Assembly (NCBI GenBank): GCA_963664065.1
Contig: OY760942.1
Coordinates: forward strand, 2,545,689-2,609,688
Direction: 5' to 3'
Length of the DNA stretch: 64,000 bases
Origin: Lysobacterales bacterium
Lineage (GTDB): Bacteria; Pseudomonadota; Gammaproteobacteria; Xanthomonadales; SZUA-36
Positions 9,264 through 18,288 of this stretch are shown here, piece after piece; within the stretch, counting starts at the first letter, position 1; each line of letters starts with the position of its first letter. A model generated the notes under the pieces. It had not been told where the DNA came from, did no database searches, and saw nothing but the letters and a program-made list of their open reading frames with translations. The translations under genes were made by a program, and so were the position numbers.

Positions 9264-9779
9264 TTAGCTGACGCGTTGTAACAGCAGGCTGTCCACCTCC
9301 ACGGTGGACCGTGTGCCCAGCATCTCCATGAAAATGAGTGCGCGTTGTTCGCCGGTATGTGCCTTCAGGATTCATTCGATGCCGGCGAAGGGGCCGTCAA
9401 ATATGCGTACCCAGTCGCCAGGGATTACCGGTGCCGGTTCAAGTTCGATCAGTCCGGATTCCGGTTGCACGCGGGCCTTGATCAAACGGATGATGGTCTC
9501 CGGCACAGTGATCAACTTCATGCCGAAACGAACCAGGGTACAAACCCCTTTTGTTGAACGCACCGGGCCCAGGCTTTGCTGGTCGGCGATGGCGTTCAGG
9601 AACAGGTAACGGGGGAAAAGCGGTTCGATGCGTTGCTGTTTTAGTGTACGGCGCTGGTAAGGGTTGATGGCCATGGGCAAGAAGCAGTTGAAATCCTGCC
9701 TTTGCAGGTTTTCTGCCGCAAGTTGTTCCTGGCGTGGCTTGGTGTAAACGGCATACCATTTGGCTTTCGATGCCTGCAT
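9264..9779 (-). pseudogene. rfaH: RfaH-like (NusG paralog) transcription antiterminator interrupted by an in-frame TGA
   Basis: KWYAVYTKPRQEQLAAENLQRQDFNCFLPM...EPLFPRYLFL...RSTKGVCTLVRFG is the NGN domain. It then reads GDWVRIFDGPFAGIE-TGA(9372-9374)-ILKAHTGEQRALIFMEMLGTRSTVEVDSLLLQRVS, so the KOW domain continues in the same frame. The ATG at 9779 is preceded by GAGGGGAGAGGGA. Confidence 0.75.
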
Positions 9780-9819
9780 TCCCTCTCCCCTCACTCTTGC
9801 CTTTTACCAATACTAGCCA

Positions 9820-9928
9820 TGTTCAATGGTTGAACACACTGTCAAAAGATACAGTTTTTGCGAATGGTGGAAAGTCGTTTTGTTGTCCGCGTTCAGCGGT
9901 TGAACAGATATTGTTCAGTTAATGAACA
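9820..9928. promoter_or_regulatory. Three copies of the palindrome TGTTCA-N5-TGAACA (putative operator set)
   Basis: The copies are TGTTCAATGGTTGAACA (9820-9836), GTTCAGCGGTTGAACA (9891-9906) and TGTTCAGTTAATGAACA (9912-9928). They lie in the divergent intergenic region just upstream of the RfaH-like gene. Confidence 0.4.
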
Positions 9929-10022
9929 TAGAAAAGGTCGCGGCGCGGGCGCCGCTCTTGTAAAGAGTGACTTTCCGACACGGTTTTCGGATTTTTGCCA
10001 TTCCCTTTTCATTATTCTTTAT

Positions 10023-10041
10023 GTACGGTAAAATACCGTAC
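10023..10041. promoter_or_regulatory. Palindrome GTACGGTAAAATACCGTAC, candidate autoregulatory operator of the TacA/TacT-like operon
   Basis: 8-bp arms with a 3-nt spacer, 32 nt upstream of the antitoxin ATG. Confidence 0.4.
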
Positions 10042-10072
10042 GTTAACGAAACAGCTTGTTGAGTGTTAAATC

Positions 10073-10333
10073 ATGGATGCCAGGATAGATCTCAGATTGA
10101 AAGCAGAGGACAAGGCTCTGATCGAGCGTGCCGCTTCACCATTGGGTATCAAGGCGGCCACATTCACGCGGTCTGTGCTGATCAAGGAAGCCGGTGAAAT
10201 CATTCAAAGCGCCCATGTTGTCAAGTTTGATGAAGTGGCCGCACGGGAATGCCTTGCCACCTTGAGCCTGCCATTTACGCCCAATGAGGCTCTTGGAAGG
10301 GCCTTGGAGCGCGGTACAGATTTGGGCTTGTAA
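10073..10333 (+). CDS. DUF1778 (TacA-like, RHH) antitoxin
   Basis: 86 aa, RIDLRLKAEDKALIERAASPLGIKAATFTRSVLIKEA. Its stop directly abuts the start of the GNAT toxin. Confidence 0.85.
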   Translation: MDARIDLRLKAEDKALIERAASPLGIKAATFTRSVLIKEAGEIIQSAHVVKFDEVAARECLATLSLPFTPNEALGRALERGTDLGL

Positions 10334-10828
10334 ATGCCCCTGAATATCCTGGAGTTGGATTCACGACTTCATGACCGGAAGGCATTTGATTGCGGTAACC
10401 TGGATCGCAACCGTTACATCTGGCAACTCGCCCGGCAGCACCGCAAACTCGGGTTTTCAACCACATACGTTCTAATCCATTCAGATCATCCTGCTCAAAT
10501 CATTGACTTTTACAGTCTCAGCGCGGCGCAGGTTGATTTTGGCGACATCCCCGAACAAGAATCAAGAAAATTACCCAGGGTTCCCGTGCCGGCCGCGCGC
10601 GTTGGACAGCTCGCCGTCAGCCTGGACCACCAGGGCCAGGGATATGGGTCCTTATTGCTGCAACATGCTGTAAAAAGGGCATTGGCCACAAGAGACCAAG
10701 CGATGGGCGTGCATATGGTCTTTGTGGATCCAGATTCCGCATCCGCGGCGGATTTTTATCGCAAATTCGGTTTCAAGGATTGCAATGCTGAGGGCCGGTC
10801 ACTGTATTTGTGCCTCGGCACGGATTGA
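10334..10828 (+). CDS. GNAT-family acetyltransferase toxin (TacT/KacT-like)
   Basis: 164 aa. It has FDCGNLDRNRYIWQLARQ, YSLSAAQV, LPRVPVPAARVGQLAVSLDHQGQGYGSLLL and FYRKFGF, the typical pattern of DUF1778-partnered GNAT toxins. Confidence 0.85.
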   Translation: MPLNILELDSRLHDRKAFDCGNLDRNRYIWQLARQHRKLGFSTTYVLIHSDHPAQIIDFYSLSAAQVDFGDIPEQESRKLPRVPVPAARVGQLAVSLDHQGQGYGSLLLQHAVKRALATRDQAMGVHMVFVDPDSASAADFYRKFGFKDCNAEGRSLYLCLGTD

Positions 10829-10867
10829 GAACAAAAATGGGTGTGCCAAACCAGAAAGGGGCCTTTT

Positions 10868-12281
10868 TTACTCGCTTAACTTCAATTCCTCCCACATCCA
10901 ATGGCTGTCGTAAGGCTTGTGTCCCTGATCAGCGGCGCGGCGTAGCTCCATATTTTCCAGGTACTTCAGCCATTCGATGACTTTGTCCCGATCCTTTTTG
11001 CTGTTGGCGCACTGGCGCGGTGTTTTGTTATCCAGCATGGGGGCGGGTTCATCCAGGCATCGGCGGTAATGTTCATCCTGGTACTCGTGGATTAGCTCGG
11101 CCGCAATGTCCGGATCGATGGCATTGGCCGCATCTTCCCTCTCCTTATCGCGCGGTTGGCGGGCTTCGTGCTCCGCCATCATTTGCTCTGGCGTCTGCAG
11201 CTTGCTTAGTGGCGCACCGATGAGGCCGTGCAGCAGCGCTTGCAACACCTTCTTTCCCTTTTCTGTCCGCCCCGTAGAGTTGGTGTGGAGTACGAGTGCG
11301 GCTGACTTTAGATCAAGCCAGCCATGAATCAGGCTCCGGACGGGTTCTGCAGATTGCACAGAACTCGATGTTGCTGTCTCTTCAGTCTCGCTGTCGGGCG
11401 GTATCCAGGTCCAGCTTGGCTCATCGGGATCATCGCGCTCCCAATCAGTTTCCGCGTCCAGGCGCTGAGCGATTTCCTCCGGGTTTTCAGTAAGCAGTGG
11501 GAAATGGGTCTCAGTAAATACCAGCGACTCGCCGTCATAGTTGACCATTTCAGGCAGAGGAGTGCGCAATTGCCCCAGGACGTGCACAAGCCAGATGGTG
11601 GTGAAGGCAGGACAGGATTGCTGCAGCAGTTCCTTGTCGAATTCGCCTGACGCCAGCATCTCGTCCACAACTTTCTTGTCAGTTGCCTTCGACAGTTCCT
11701 TTCTGAGCCTGTTGCGGGAATCATCCAACCCCCCTGAGCAGGCTTTGCGCCGCCGGCTGGGGAAACGGCAGAATGCCACCGGAAAAGATATACTTGCCAT
11801 TCAGTTTCAACACCCGCGCCGCTATCCGGTCCCACTTGACCATGCTTTGCGTACCCGCCTTCTCAAAGACCCGAAGGGTTTTTCCGCCGCGCACCAGGTC
11901 ACGCAAGTCGCAATGGCGCCCGGGCGCGGTTTCGACGACTTCGTAAAGTGAAAGCACAGAGTCCTTTAACGCCCGCAGATAGCTTCGGCCCGGCGCGCTT
12001 TCGCGCCAACCACGGTGTTGCAGGTAGTCATCGACGATATTCCTGCCGTCCGGTGGAAAGTGGCGGCAGAGTGTATCCTCGAACATGATGCCGAACAGCA
12101 TGCCGTCATACTCATACTCCGTCAGCTCCTCTTTAAGTTCTTCCAGGGTGATGTCCATTCGATCGCAAACCGGGCCAAGATGAGCATCGATGATATCGGC
12201 ATGGACATCCACCCATTCGGGGCGATCAGCCCATTGCATAATATTGCGTATGGCTTTATCAATACTGCTGCGTTTTCCCAT
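10868..12281 (-). CDS. Uncharacterised protein of about 470 aa, split by a frameshift in a G6/C6 run
   Basis: ORFs 11721..12281 and 10868..11800 overlap. Removing one C from CCCCCC (11729-11734) joins ...AAQSLLRG to LDDSRNRLRKEL. The C-terminus carries the motif PMLDNKTPRQCANSKKDRDKVIEWLKYLE. Confidence 0.6.
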
Positions 12282-12498
12282 CTTATCTTTGACCCCTGGT
12301 TACTCAGGCCCTGACTGCCTGTTCAATACGCTCAAACACTGGTTCACCAACAGCGCGGCGATATAATGTTTGATAATCTTGATATTATCTGATTTTCTTT
12401 CACCTAAAAGCCATTGGAATTTTTGAATGTGATGAAGAAGTAAAGAGCAAATTGTACGTGCCGATACCGAGGATGGGCAGCGCGCGGGCGAAGCAATC

Positions 12499-12735
12499 GT
12501 GGAAGCGGTTGAAAACCAAATTAGTGAAAATGATCCCCCTGAGACGAAACAAGCACTCAAACGGTTAATGGCCCTGGGGAATTCAAGAGAAAATGCCATT
12601 CGATATATCGCAAGCGCGTTTTCGGTGGAAATGTTTGAGATCCTGAAAAATCGGTCTCCCTATAACGAAGCGCGCTATATCAAGAACTTGAAAGCACTGC
12701 CAGAACTGCCGTTCGACGATGAGGGGGAAATTTAG
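12499..12735 (+). CDS. Small hypothetical protein, possibly a DUF1841-like C-terminal fragment
   Basis: 78 aa from a GTG. The frame is open from 12436 with no ATG. ENDPPETKQALKRLMALGNSRENAIRYIASAF resembles the C-terminal half of DUF1841-type proteins as I recall them. Confidence 0.3.
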   Translation: MEAVENQISENDPPETKQALKRLMALGNSRENAIRYIASAFSVEMFEILKNRSPYNEARYIKNLKALPELPFDDEGEI

Positions 12736-12862
12736 CAAATATCCTACAAAACCAAGCAGGCATTTTTGATGCCGTTTGTTCTGAATGTGCTTATAGGCCT
12801 GGAGCAGCAAGACCGGTTTAAGCCGACAAACTCGTATTTATGTTGCAATAAGACTGTTTGAT

Positions 12863-12886
12863 AATGTATCCCATTTGGGACACATT
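12863..12886. promoter_or_regulatory. Near-perfect palindrome AATGTATCCCA-TT-TGGGACACATT overlapping a GATAAT -10-like hexamer; candidate DinJ operator
   Basis: Read directly. It lies 29 nt upstream of the dinJ-like ATG at 12915. Confidence 0.4.
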
Positions 12887-12914
12887 GTTATTATTTGATT
12901 ATGAGGCCAGGTCA

Positions 12915-13175
12915 ATGAGCAAAAGCGCAATGGTACGTGCAAGAATAGAACCTGAATTAAAAGAACACGCAGAAGAGGTTTTTCATCACCTTGGTTTAAG
13001 CGTAACCCAGGCCATTACCATGTTTTATAAGCAGGTAGAAATCCGAAATGGTCTGCCATTTAATATGGTTATTCCAAGCTTGGAAACAAGTAAAACTTTT
13101 GCGGCCACAGACTCTGAAAAAGACTTGGTTATTTGCAACGATGCCGACGATATGTTCAATAAGCTTGGCATTTAG
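12915..13175 (+). CDS. RelB/DinJ-family antitoxin with no cognate toxin gene
   Basis: MSKSAMVRARIEPELKEHAEEVFHHLGLSVTQAITMFYKQVEIRNGLPF is the DinJ RHH N-terminus. I used the internal ATG. Only 14 nt separate its stop from the convergent galE stop. Confidence 0.8.
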   Translation: MSKSAMVRARIEPELKEHAEEVFHHLGLSVTQAITMFYKQVEIRNGLPFNMVIPSLETSKTFAATDSEKDLVICNDADDMFNKLGI

Positions 13176-13189
13176 TGTTTTCATATGTT

Positions 13190-14203
13190 TTATGGAAAAC
13201 CATCCGGGTTTTGCAACTGCCACCGCCAGGCGTCTGCGCACATGGTGTCGAGATCGCGCCCGGCTGCCCAGTTCAGTTCATCCTTTGCCTTTTGCGGGTC
13301 GGCCCAGGTCTCGGCGATGTCGCCGGGGCGGCGGGCCAGGACCCGGTAGGGGATTTCCAGTCCGGTGGCCCTTTCGAAGGCCTTGACCACATCCAGCACA
13401 GAGCAGCCCTGCCCGGTGCCCAGGTTATGGGTGATCAGACCGGGGGATTCTTCCAGCTTGGCCAGCGCACAAAGGTGGCCGATGGCCAGGTCGGTCACGT
13501 GGATGTAATCGCGCACGCCCGTGCCGTCATGGGTCGGGTAGTCGTCACCCCACACCCTGAGCCAGTCGCGACGCCCGACCGCCACCTGCTGGATGTACGG
13601 CATCAGGTTTTCCGGTACGCCATTGGGGTCTTCACCAATCAGACCGCTTTCATGTGCCCCAACCGGGTTGAAATAGCGCAGTAGCGAAATGTTCCAGCTG
13701 GGCGTATTGGCGTGCAGGTCGCGCAGGATGTCCTCGATCATCAGCTTGGTGGCGCCGTAGGGGTTGAAGGTGGACAACGGGGCGTCTTCTGTGATCGGCA
13801 ATGATTCCGGCACACCGTAAACCGTGCATGAAGAACTGAAAACGATGTCCTTCACATCTGCTTGTTCCATCGCTGCAAGCAGGTTGAGCGTGCCACCGAC
13901 GTTATTGCGGTAGTAGAGCAGCGGTTTTTCAGTGGATTCGCCGACTGCTTTCAGGCCGGCGAAGTGAATCACGCTGTCGGGCTGATATTCTTTGAACGCT
14001 GCATTGAGCGCTGGCTGGTCCAGAAGATCTGCCGTAACGAAATTCAGCGTTTTACCGGTGATTTCGCGGACCCGGTCAAGGGCCGAGACTTTGCTGGTGC
14101 AAAGGTTATCCACCACCACTTTGTAACCGGCATTGAGCAGTTCAACACAGGTGTGGGTGCCGATGTAGCCGGCGCCGCCGGTTATTAATATTCTGTTGGT
14201 CAT
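13190..14203 (-). CDS. galE: UDP-glucose 4-epimerase
   Basis: 337 aa with [19 protein letters not shown], the YGATK catalytic motif and a GalE-like C-terminus. Confidence 0.9.
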   Translation of the reverse strand: MTNRILITGGAGYIGTHTCVELLNAGYKVVVDNLCTSKVSALDRVREITGKTLNFVTADLLDQPALNAAFKEYQPDSVIHFAGLKAVGESTEKPLLYYRNNVGGTLNLLAAMEQADVKDIVFSSSCTVYGVPESLPITEDAPLSTFNPYGATKLMIEDILRDLHANTPSWNISLLRYFNPVGAHESGLIGEDPNGVPENLMPYIQQVAVGRRDWLRVWGDDYPTHDGTGVRDYIHVTDLAIGHLCALAKLEESPGLITHNLGTGQGCSVLDVVKAFERATGLEIPYRVLARRPGDIAETWADPQKAKDELNWAAGRDLDTMCADAWRWQLQNPDGFP

Positions 14204-14229
14204 TTTTTAGTTAACCCAAAGGTCAAAAA

Positions 14230-14255
14230 CTTCGCGAGATAGTCCTTGCTCCCAC
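14230..14255. repeat. Degenerate REP unit between galE and uxs
   Basis: CTTCGCGAGATAGTCCTTGCTCCCACA. Confidence 0.6.
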
Positions 14256-14263
14256 AATTGGTA

Positions 14264-15211
<948 letters not shown>

Positions 15212-15246
15212 ATCAATATTTCTTGTTTGTCGAGTCTATTCTAATC

Positions 15247-15326
15247 GTAGGTGCGATTTGTAATCGCGAATTTTCAACCCTTGCACCCTCTCTAACAACA
15301 GCTTCGCGATTACAAATCGCTCCTAC
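15247..15326. repeat. Inverted REP pair (REPIN-like) between uxs and ugd
   Basis: GTAGGTGCGATTTGTAATCGCGAAT (15247-15271) faces CTTCGCGATTACAAATCGCTCCTAC (15302-15326). Confidence 0.8.
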
Positions 15327-15335
15327 AGATATCGG

Positions 15336-16658
15336 TTATGGCCTTCCGATCGAATAATAGGTGAAGCCTCGGTTGCGTACGACCTCCGGTGACCAGATGT
15401 TGCGGCCGTCTACCAGCACATGTTCGTTCATGTCGTCGAGCAAACGTTCGAAATCAGGGGCCCAGTACTGGCGCCATTCCGTAACCAGTACCAGGGCGTC
15501 TGCGTTTTCTGCGGCTGCATAGGGGTCGTCGAAAAAGGCGATGCCCTCTTCATCCAGGTATAGCTGCTCTGCCTCGTCCATGGCCCGGGGATCATGCGCG
15601 TTGACCCGGGCGCCTTCGTCCAGCAGGGCATCGATCAACACGCGGCTGGGTGCATCGCGCAGATCATCGGTATTGGGTTTGAAGGCCAGACCCCACACTG
15701 CAAATGTTCTGTTTTCGAGATCACCACCAAAATGGGCATCCAGTTTTTCAAATAGCTTGGTTTTCTGGCGGTTGTTGACCGCTTCCACCGCCTGCAGAAT
15801 TTCAGCTTCATATCCAAATTCCGCAGCCGTGTTATGAAGTGCGCGCACATCCTTGGGAAAACAGGACCCGCCATAACCTGCGCCGGCATAAATAAATGAA
15901 TAGCCGATGCGCGGATCAGATCCAATGCCCAGGCGTACCTTCTCGATATCCGCACCGACTCTTTCGGCGACATTGGATAACTCATTCATAAAGCTGATCT
16001 TGGTTGCCAACATGGCATTAGCGGCATACTTGGTCAGTTCCGAGGAATGAATATCCATGCATATCAGTTTTTCATGGTGGCGATTGAAGGGCGCGTACAG
16101 TTCACGCAGCAAGGTTTCGGACGCCTCATCCTCGACACCGGCAATAATGCGGTCAGGTTTCATAAAGTTATTGATGGCCACGCCTTCGGCCAGGAATTCC
16201 GGGTTGGAAGCAATACTGAAGGATAGGTCCACGCCGTGATTATCCAGCTCGTTTTGAATCGCCTCGCGCACCCGGTCGCAAGTCCCGACTGGCACCGTTG
16301 ATTTCACTACCACCAGCAAATGCTCGCTCAATATCCGGCCAATATCTGCAGCCACGGCCAGAACATGGCTTAAATCGGCCGAACCGTCCTCTTCCGGAGG
16401 CGTGCCAACCGCGATCATCAGCACTTCTGCATGATCCACTGCCTCTTGAATTGAGGTGGTATAGATAAGACGGCCTTGTTCGGCGTTATCAACCAGCATT
16501 TCTTCCAGGCCGGGCTCATAGATGGGAACCTGGCCATTGCCAAGTTCGCTGATGCGCTGCGTATCAATATCCATGCACAGCACATGGTGGCCAACTTCGG
16601 AAAAGCCGGCGCCGCTGACCAGGCCTACATAGCCGCTGCCTATGATGGATATACGCAT
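15336..16658 (-). CDS. ugd: UDP-glucose 6-dehydrogenase
   Basis: 440 aa with MRISIIGSGYVGLVSGAGF, GGSCFPKD (catalytic Cys) and the FKPNTDDLRDAP motif. Confidence 0.93.
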   Translation of the reverse strand: MRISIIGSGYVGLVSGAGFSEVGHHVLCMDIDTQRISELGNGQVPIYEPGLEEMLVDNAEQGRLIYTTSIQEAVDHAEVLMIAVGTPPEEDGSADLSHVLAVAADIGRILSEHLLVVVKSTVPVGTCDRVREAIQNELDNHGVDLSFSIASNPEFLAEGVAINNFMKPDRIIAGVEDEASETLLRELYAPFNRHHEKLICMDIHSSELTKYAANAMLATKISFMNELSNVAERVGADIEKVRLGIGSDPRIGYSFIYAGAGYGGSCFPKDVRALHNTAAEFGYEAEILQAVEAVNNRQKTKLFEKLDAHFGGDLENRTFAVWGLAFKPNTDDLRDAPSRVLIDALLDEGARVNAHDPRAMDEAEQLYLDEEGIAFFDDPYAAAENADALVLVTEWRQYWAPDFERLLDDMNEHVLVDGRNIWSPEVVRNRGFTYYSIGRP

Positions 16659-16715
16659 AAAATTCGGAACCTATAACAATTATTGAATGTTTATTCTAAC
16701 GTAAGTGCCAGGCAA

Positions 16716-16817
16716 ATTCGCGATCAAAGATCGCTCCCACAAATGTCCCATGTACCATGCAAACTGAAAACATTCGAGATCGCGTAGCGATTCAATGGTC
16801 ACTTCGCTCCCACAAAA
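16716..16817. repeat. REP units: one full and one degenerate
   Basis: ATTCGCGATCAAAGATCGCTCCCACA (16716-16742), plus CATTCGAGATCGCGTAGCGATT...CTTCGCTCCCACAAAA. Confidence 0.75.
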
Positions 16818-16818
16818 G

Positions 16819-16876
16819 AAAATGGGGTCAGAGTACAATTATAATAAGGTATTTATTTGTACTCTGACCCCATTTT
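16819..16876. repeat. GGGGTCAGAG-family hairpin element (perfect 20-nt arms, 18-nt loop)
   Basis: AAAATGGGGTCAGAGTACAA...TTGTACTCTGACCCCATTTT, just downstream of the stop of the 16904..17317 gene. Confidence 0.85.
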
Positions 16877-16903
16877 TATAACGGCCCAGATGATGAGAGA
16901 GGA

Positions 16904-17317
16904 TTAGTTGGGTGATGCGAGGTCGTCGCTGCTGCAGTTGGTCATACCGCCACACATGGGACTGGCCAGAGCGCTCAAACTGCATGAATCTGGATCATCC
17001 AGGCTGGCTTTTGCGGCTTCCAGGATATCCTCTTCCTGGTCGGGGGCTTGTTCCTTAGCCTCACCGACGGCGTCCTGGACATCAGAACATTCTCCGCAAA
17101 TTTTGAGGACTGCTGTCAGGATATCAACGATGTAGGCTTCCGGTTCAGATTCAGACATTTGTTTCACGGCGCCACCTGCTGTCGGGTTTATGCAACCGTC
17201 ATCCAATATTTCGGCAGCCAGATCGGCAAGGTTTGTATCCTCTTCGTCTTGTGCTGCATCAGTTACCGGAAAAGCGAGGAAACCAGCCAGGAGGGCAATG
17301 GTGAATGAAATTCTCAT
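16904..17317 (-). CDS. Secreted, highly acidic Cys-containing hypothetical protein
   Basis: 137 aa with a signal peptide (MRISFTIALLAGFLAFPVTDA). It is rich in D/E and contains the motifs KICGEC and PMCGGMTNC. I recognise no family. Confidence 0.55.
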   Translation of the reverse strand: MRISFTIALLAGFLAFPVTDAAQDEEDTNLADLAAEILDDGCINPTAGGAVKQMSESEPEAYIVDILTAVLKICGECSDVQDAVGEAKEQAPDQEEDILEAAKASLDDPDSCSLSALASPMCGGMTNCSSDDLASPN

Positions 17318-17440
17318 AGCTCAGACTACCTTGTGCGGGTATGGCTTCATTCTAGTGGAGACATGCGGCAATTTCTATTGCATAAATTGACAGGTTTGAA
17401 AAATTATCGCAGTTAAGACATTACTCCGTTTAGGAATGCA

Positions 17441-17485
17441 GAAGCGATCGGTGATCGCTCCCACAAAAATTCAAATCGCTCCTGC
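17441..17485. repeat. REP unit plus half-unit
   Basis: GAAGCGATCGGTGATCGCTCCCACA, then AAATCGCTCCTGC. Confidence 0.75.
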
Positions 17486-17490
17486 GATAT

Positions 17491-18183
17491 TCAGTCGGCG
17501 CTTTCGATGCTCAGTAGTTCAACCTCAAAAACAAGGGTTGAATTTGGCGGTATCGAGCCGCCGCCACCGGAGCCATAGGCCAGCTCGGGCTTGATGTAAA
17601 ACTCGAACTTGCTGCCCACCGGCATCAGCTGTAACCCTTCGGTCCAGCCCACGATTACACGGTCCAGCTGAAAGGACATTGACTGATTACGCGAGTAGGA
17701 ACTGTCGAACTCGGTACCATCCAGCAGGGTGCCACGATAATGCACTTCCACATTGTCGGTAGCGGCCGGCCGGGCACCGCCACCCAGGGTAATCACCTTG
17801 TACTGCAATCCGGAGCTTGTCACCCGTACACCTTCCTTGCCAATATTTCCGGCCAGGAACGCCTCGCCTTTGGTACGGTTAATTTCGCTCATGGCATCTG
17901 CTTCTGCCTTGGCAACAGCCTTGCGCTTGGCGATAAAGCCCTCGCGAATGGTTTGAGCTTCCTGGGTGGTCAGGCGGGGTACGCCACCGGTATAGGTGGT
18001 GCGCAAGGCGTCAAACAAAGCGTCCAGGTCGACATCGGTACCTTGATTGCGCAGGGAATTTCCAATATCCATGCCAATGATGTAGCCGAGCTGCTGCTGA
18101 TCGGTTTCAAGTTCCTGGGCCAGGACGTTGCCGGCCAGTAATACCGCGGCCATCATGGTGCCGAGGCGTAGCTTGGAATTCAT
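17491..18183 (-). CDS. FKBP-type peptidyl-prolyl cis-trans isomerase (FkpA/Mip-like, exported)
   Basis: 230 aa with a signal peptide. It has a Mip-like N-terminal dimerisation region and a C-terminal FKBP domain (VHYRGTLLDGTEFDSSY...LVFEVELLSI). Confidence 0.9.
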   Translation of the reverse strand: MNSKLRLGTMMAAVLLAGNVLAQELETDQQQLGYIIGMDIGNSLRNQGTDVDLDALFDALRTTYTGGVPRLTTQEAQTIREGFIAKRKAVAKAEADAMSEINRTKGEAFLAGNIGKEGVRVTSSGLQYKVITLGGGARPAATDNVEVHYRGTLLDGTEFDSSYSRNQSMSFQLDRVIVGWTEGLQLMPVGSKFEFYIKPELAYGSGGGGSIPPNSTLVFEVELLSIESAD

Positions 18184-18288
18184 GGGTGAAACACTCCTTT
18201 TTCAACAAGGGCCGAATTGTCCACGGAACGGACAGTTCTGGCAACAGGATTTGTGACAATCTAGATGCGGGTGAGTTCGTTCCAAGAT

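Noticed and set aside
9372-9374. The TGA in the RfaH-like gene read as selenocysteine or programmed readthrough.
   Set aside because: I see no SECIS-like stem-loop immediately downstream. A Cys or Sec at this linker position has no precedent in NusG/RfaH proteins. A point mutation or sequencing error is simpler.
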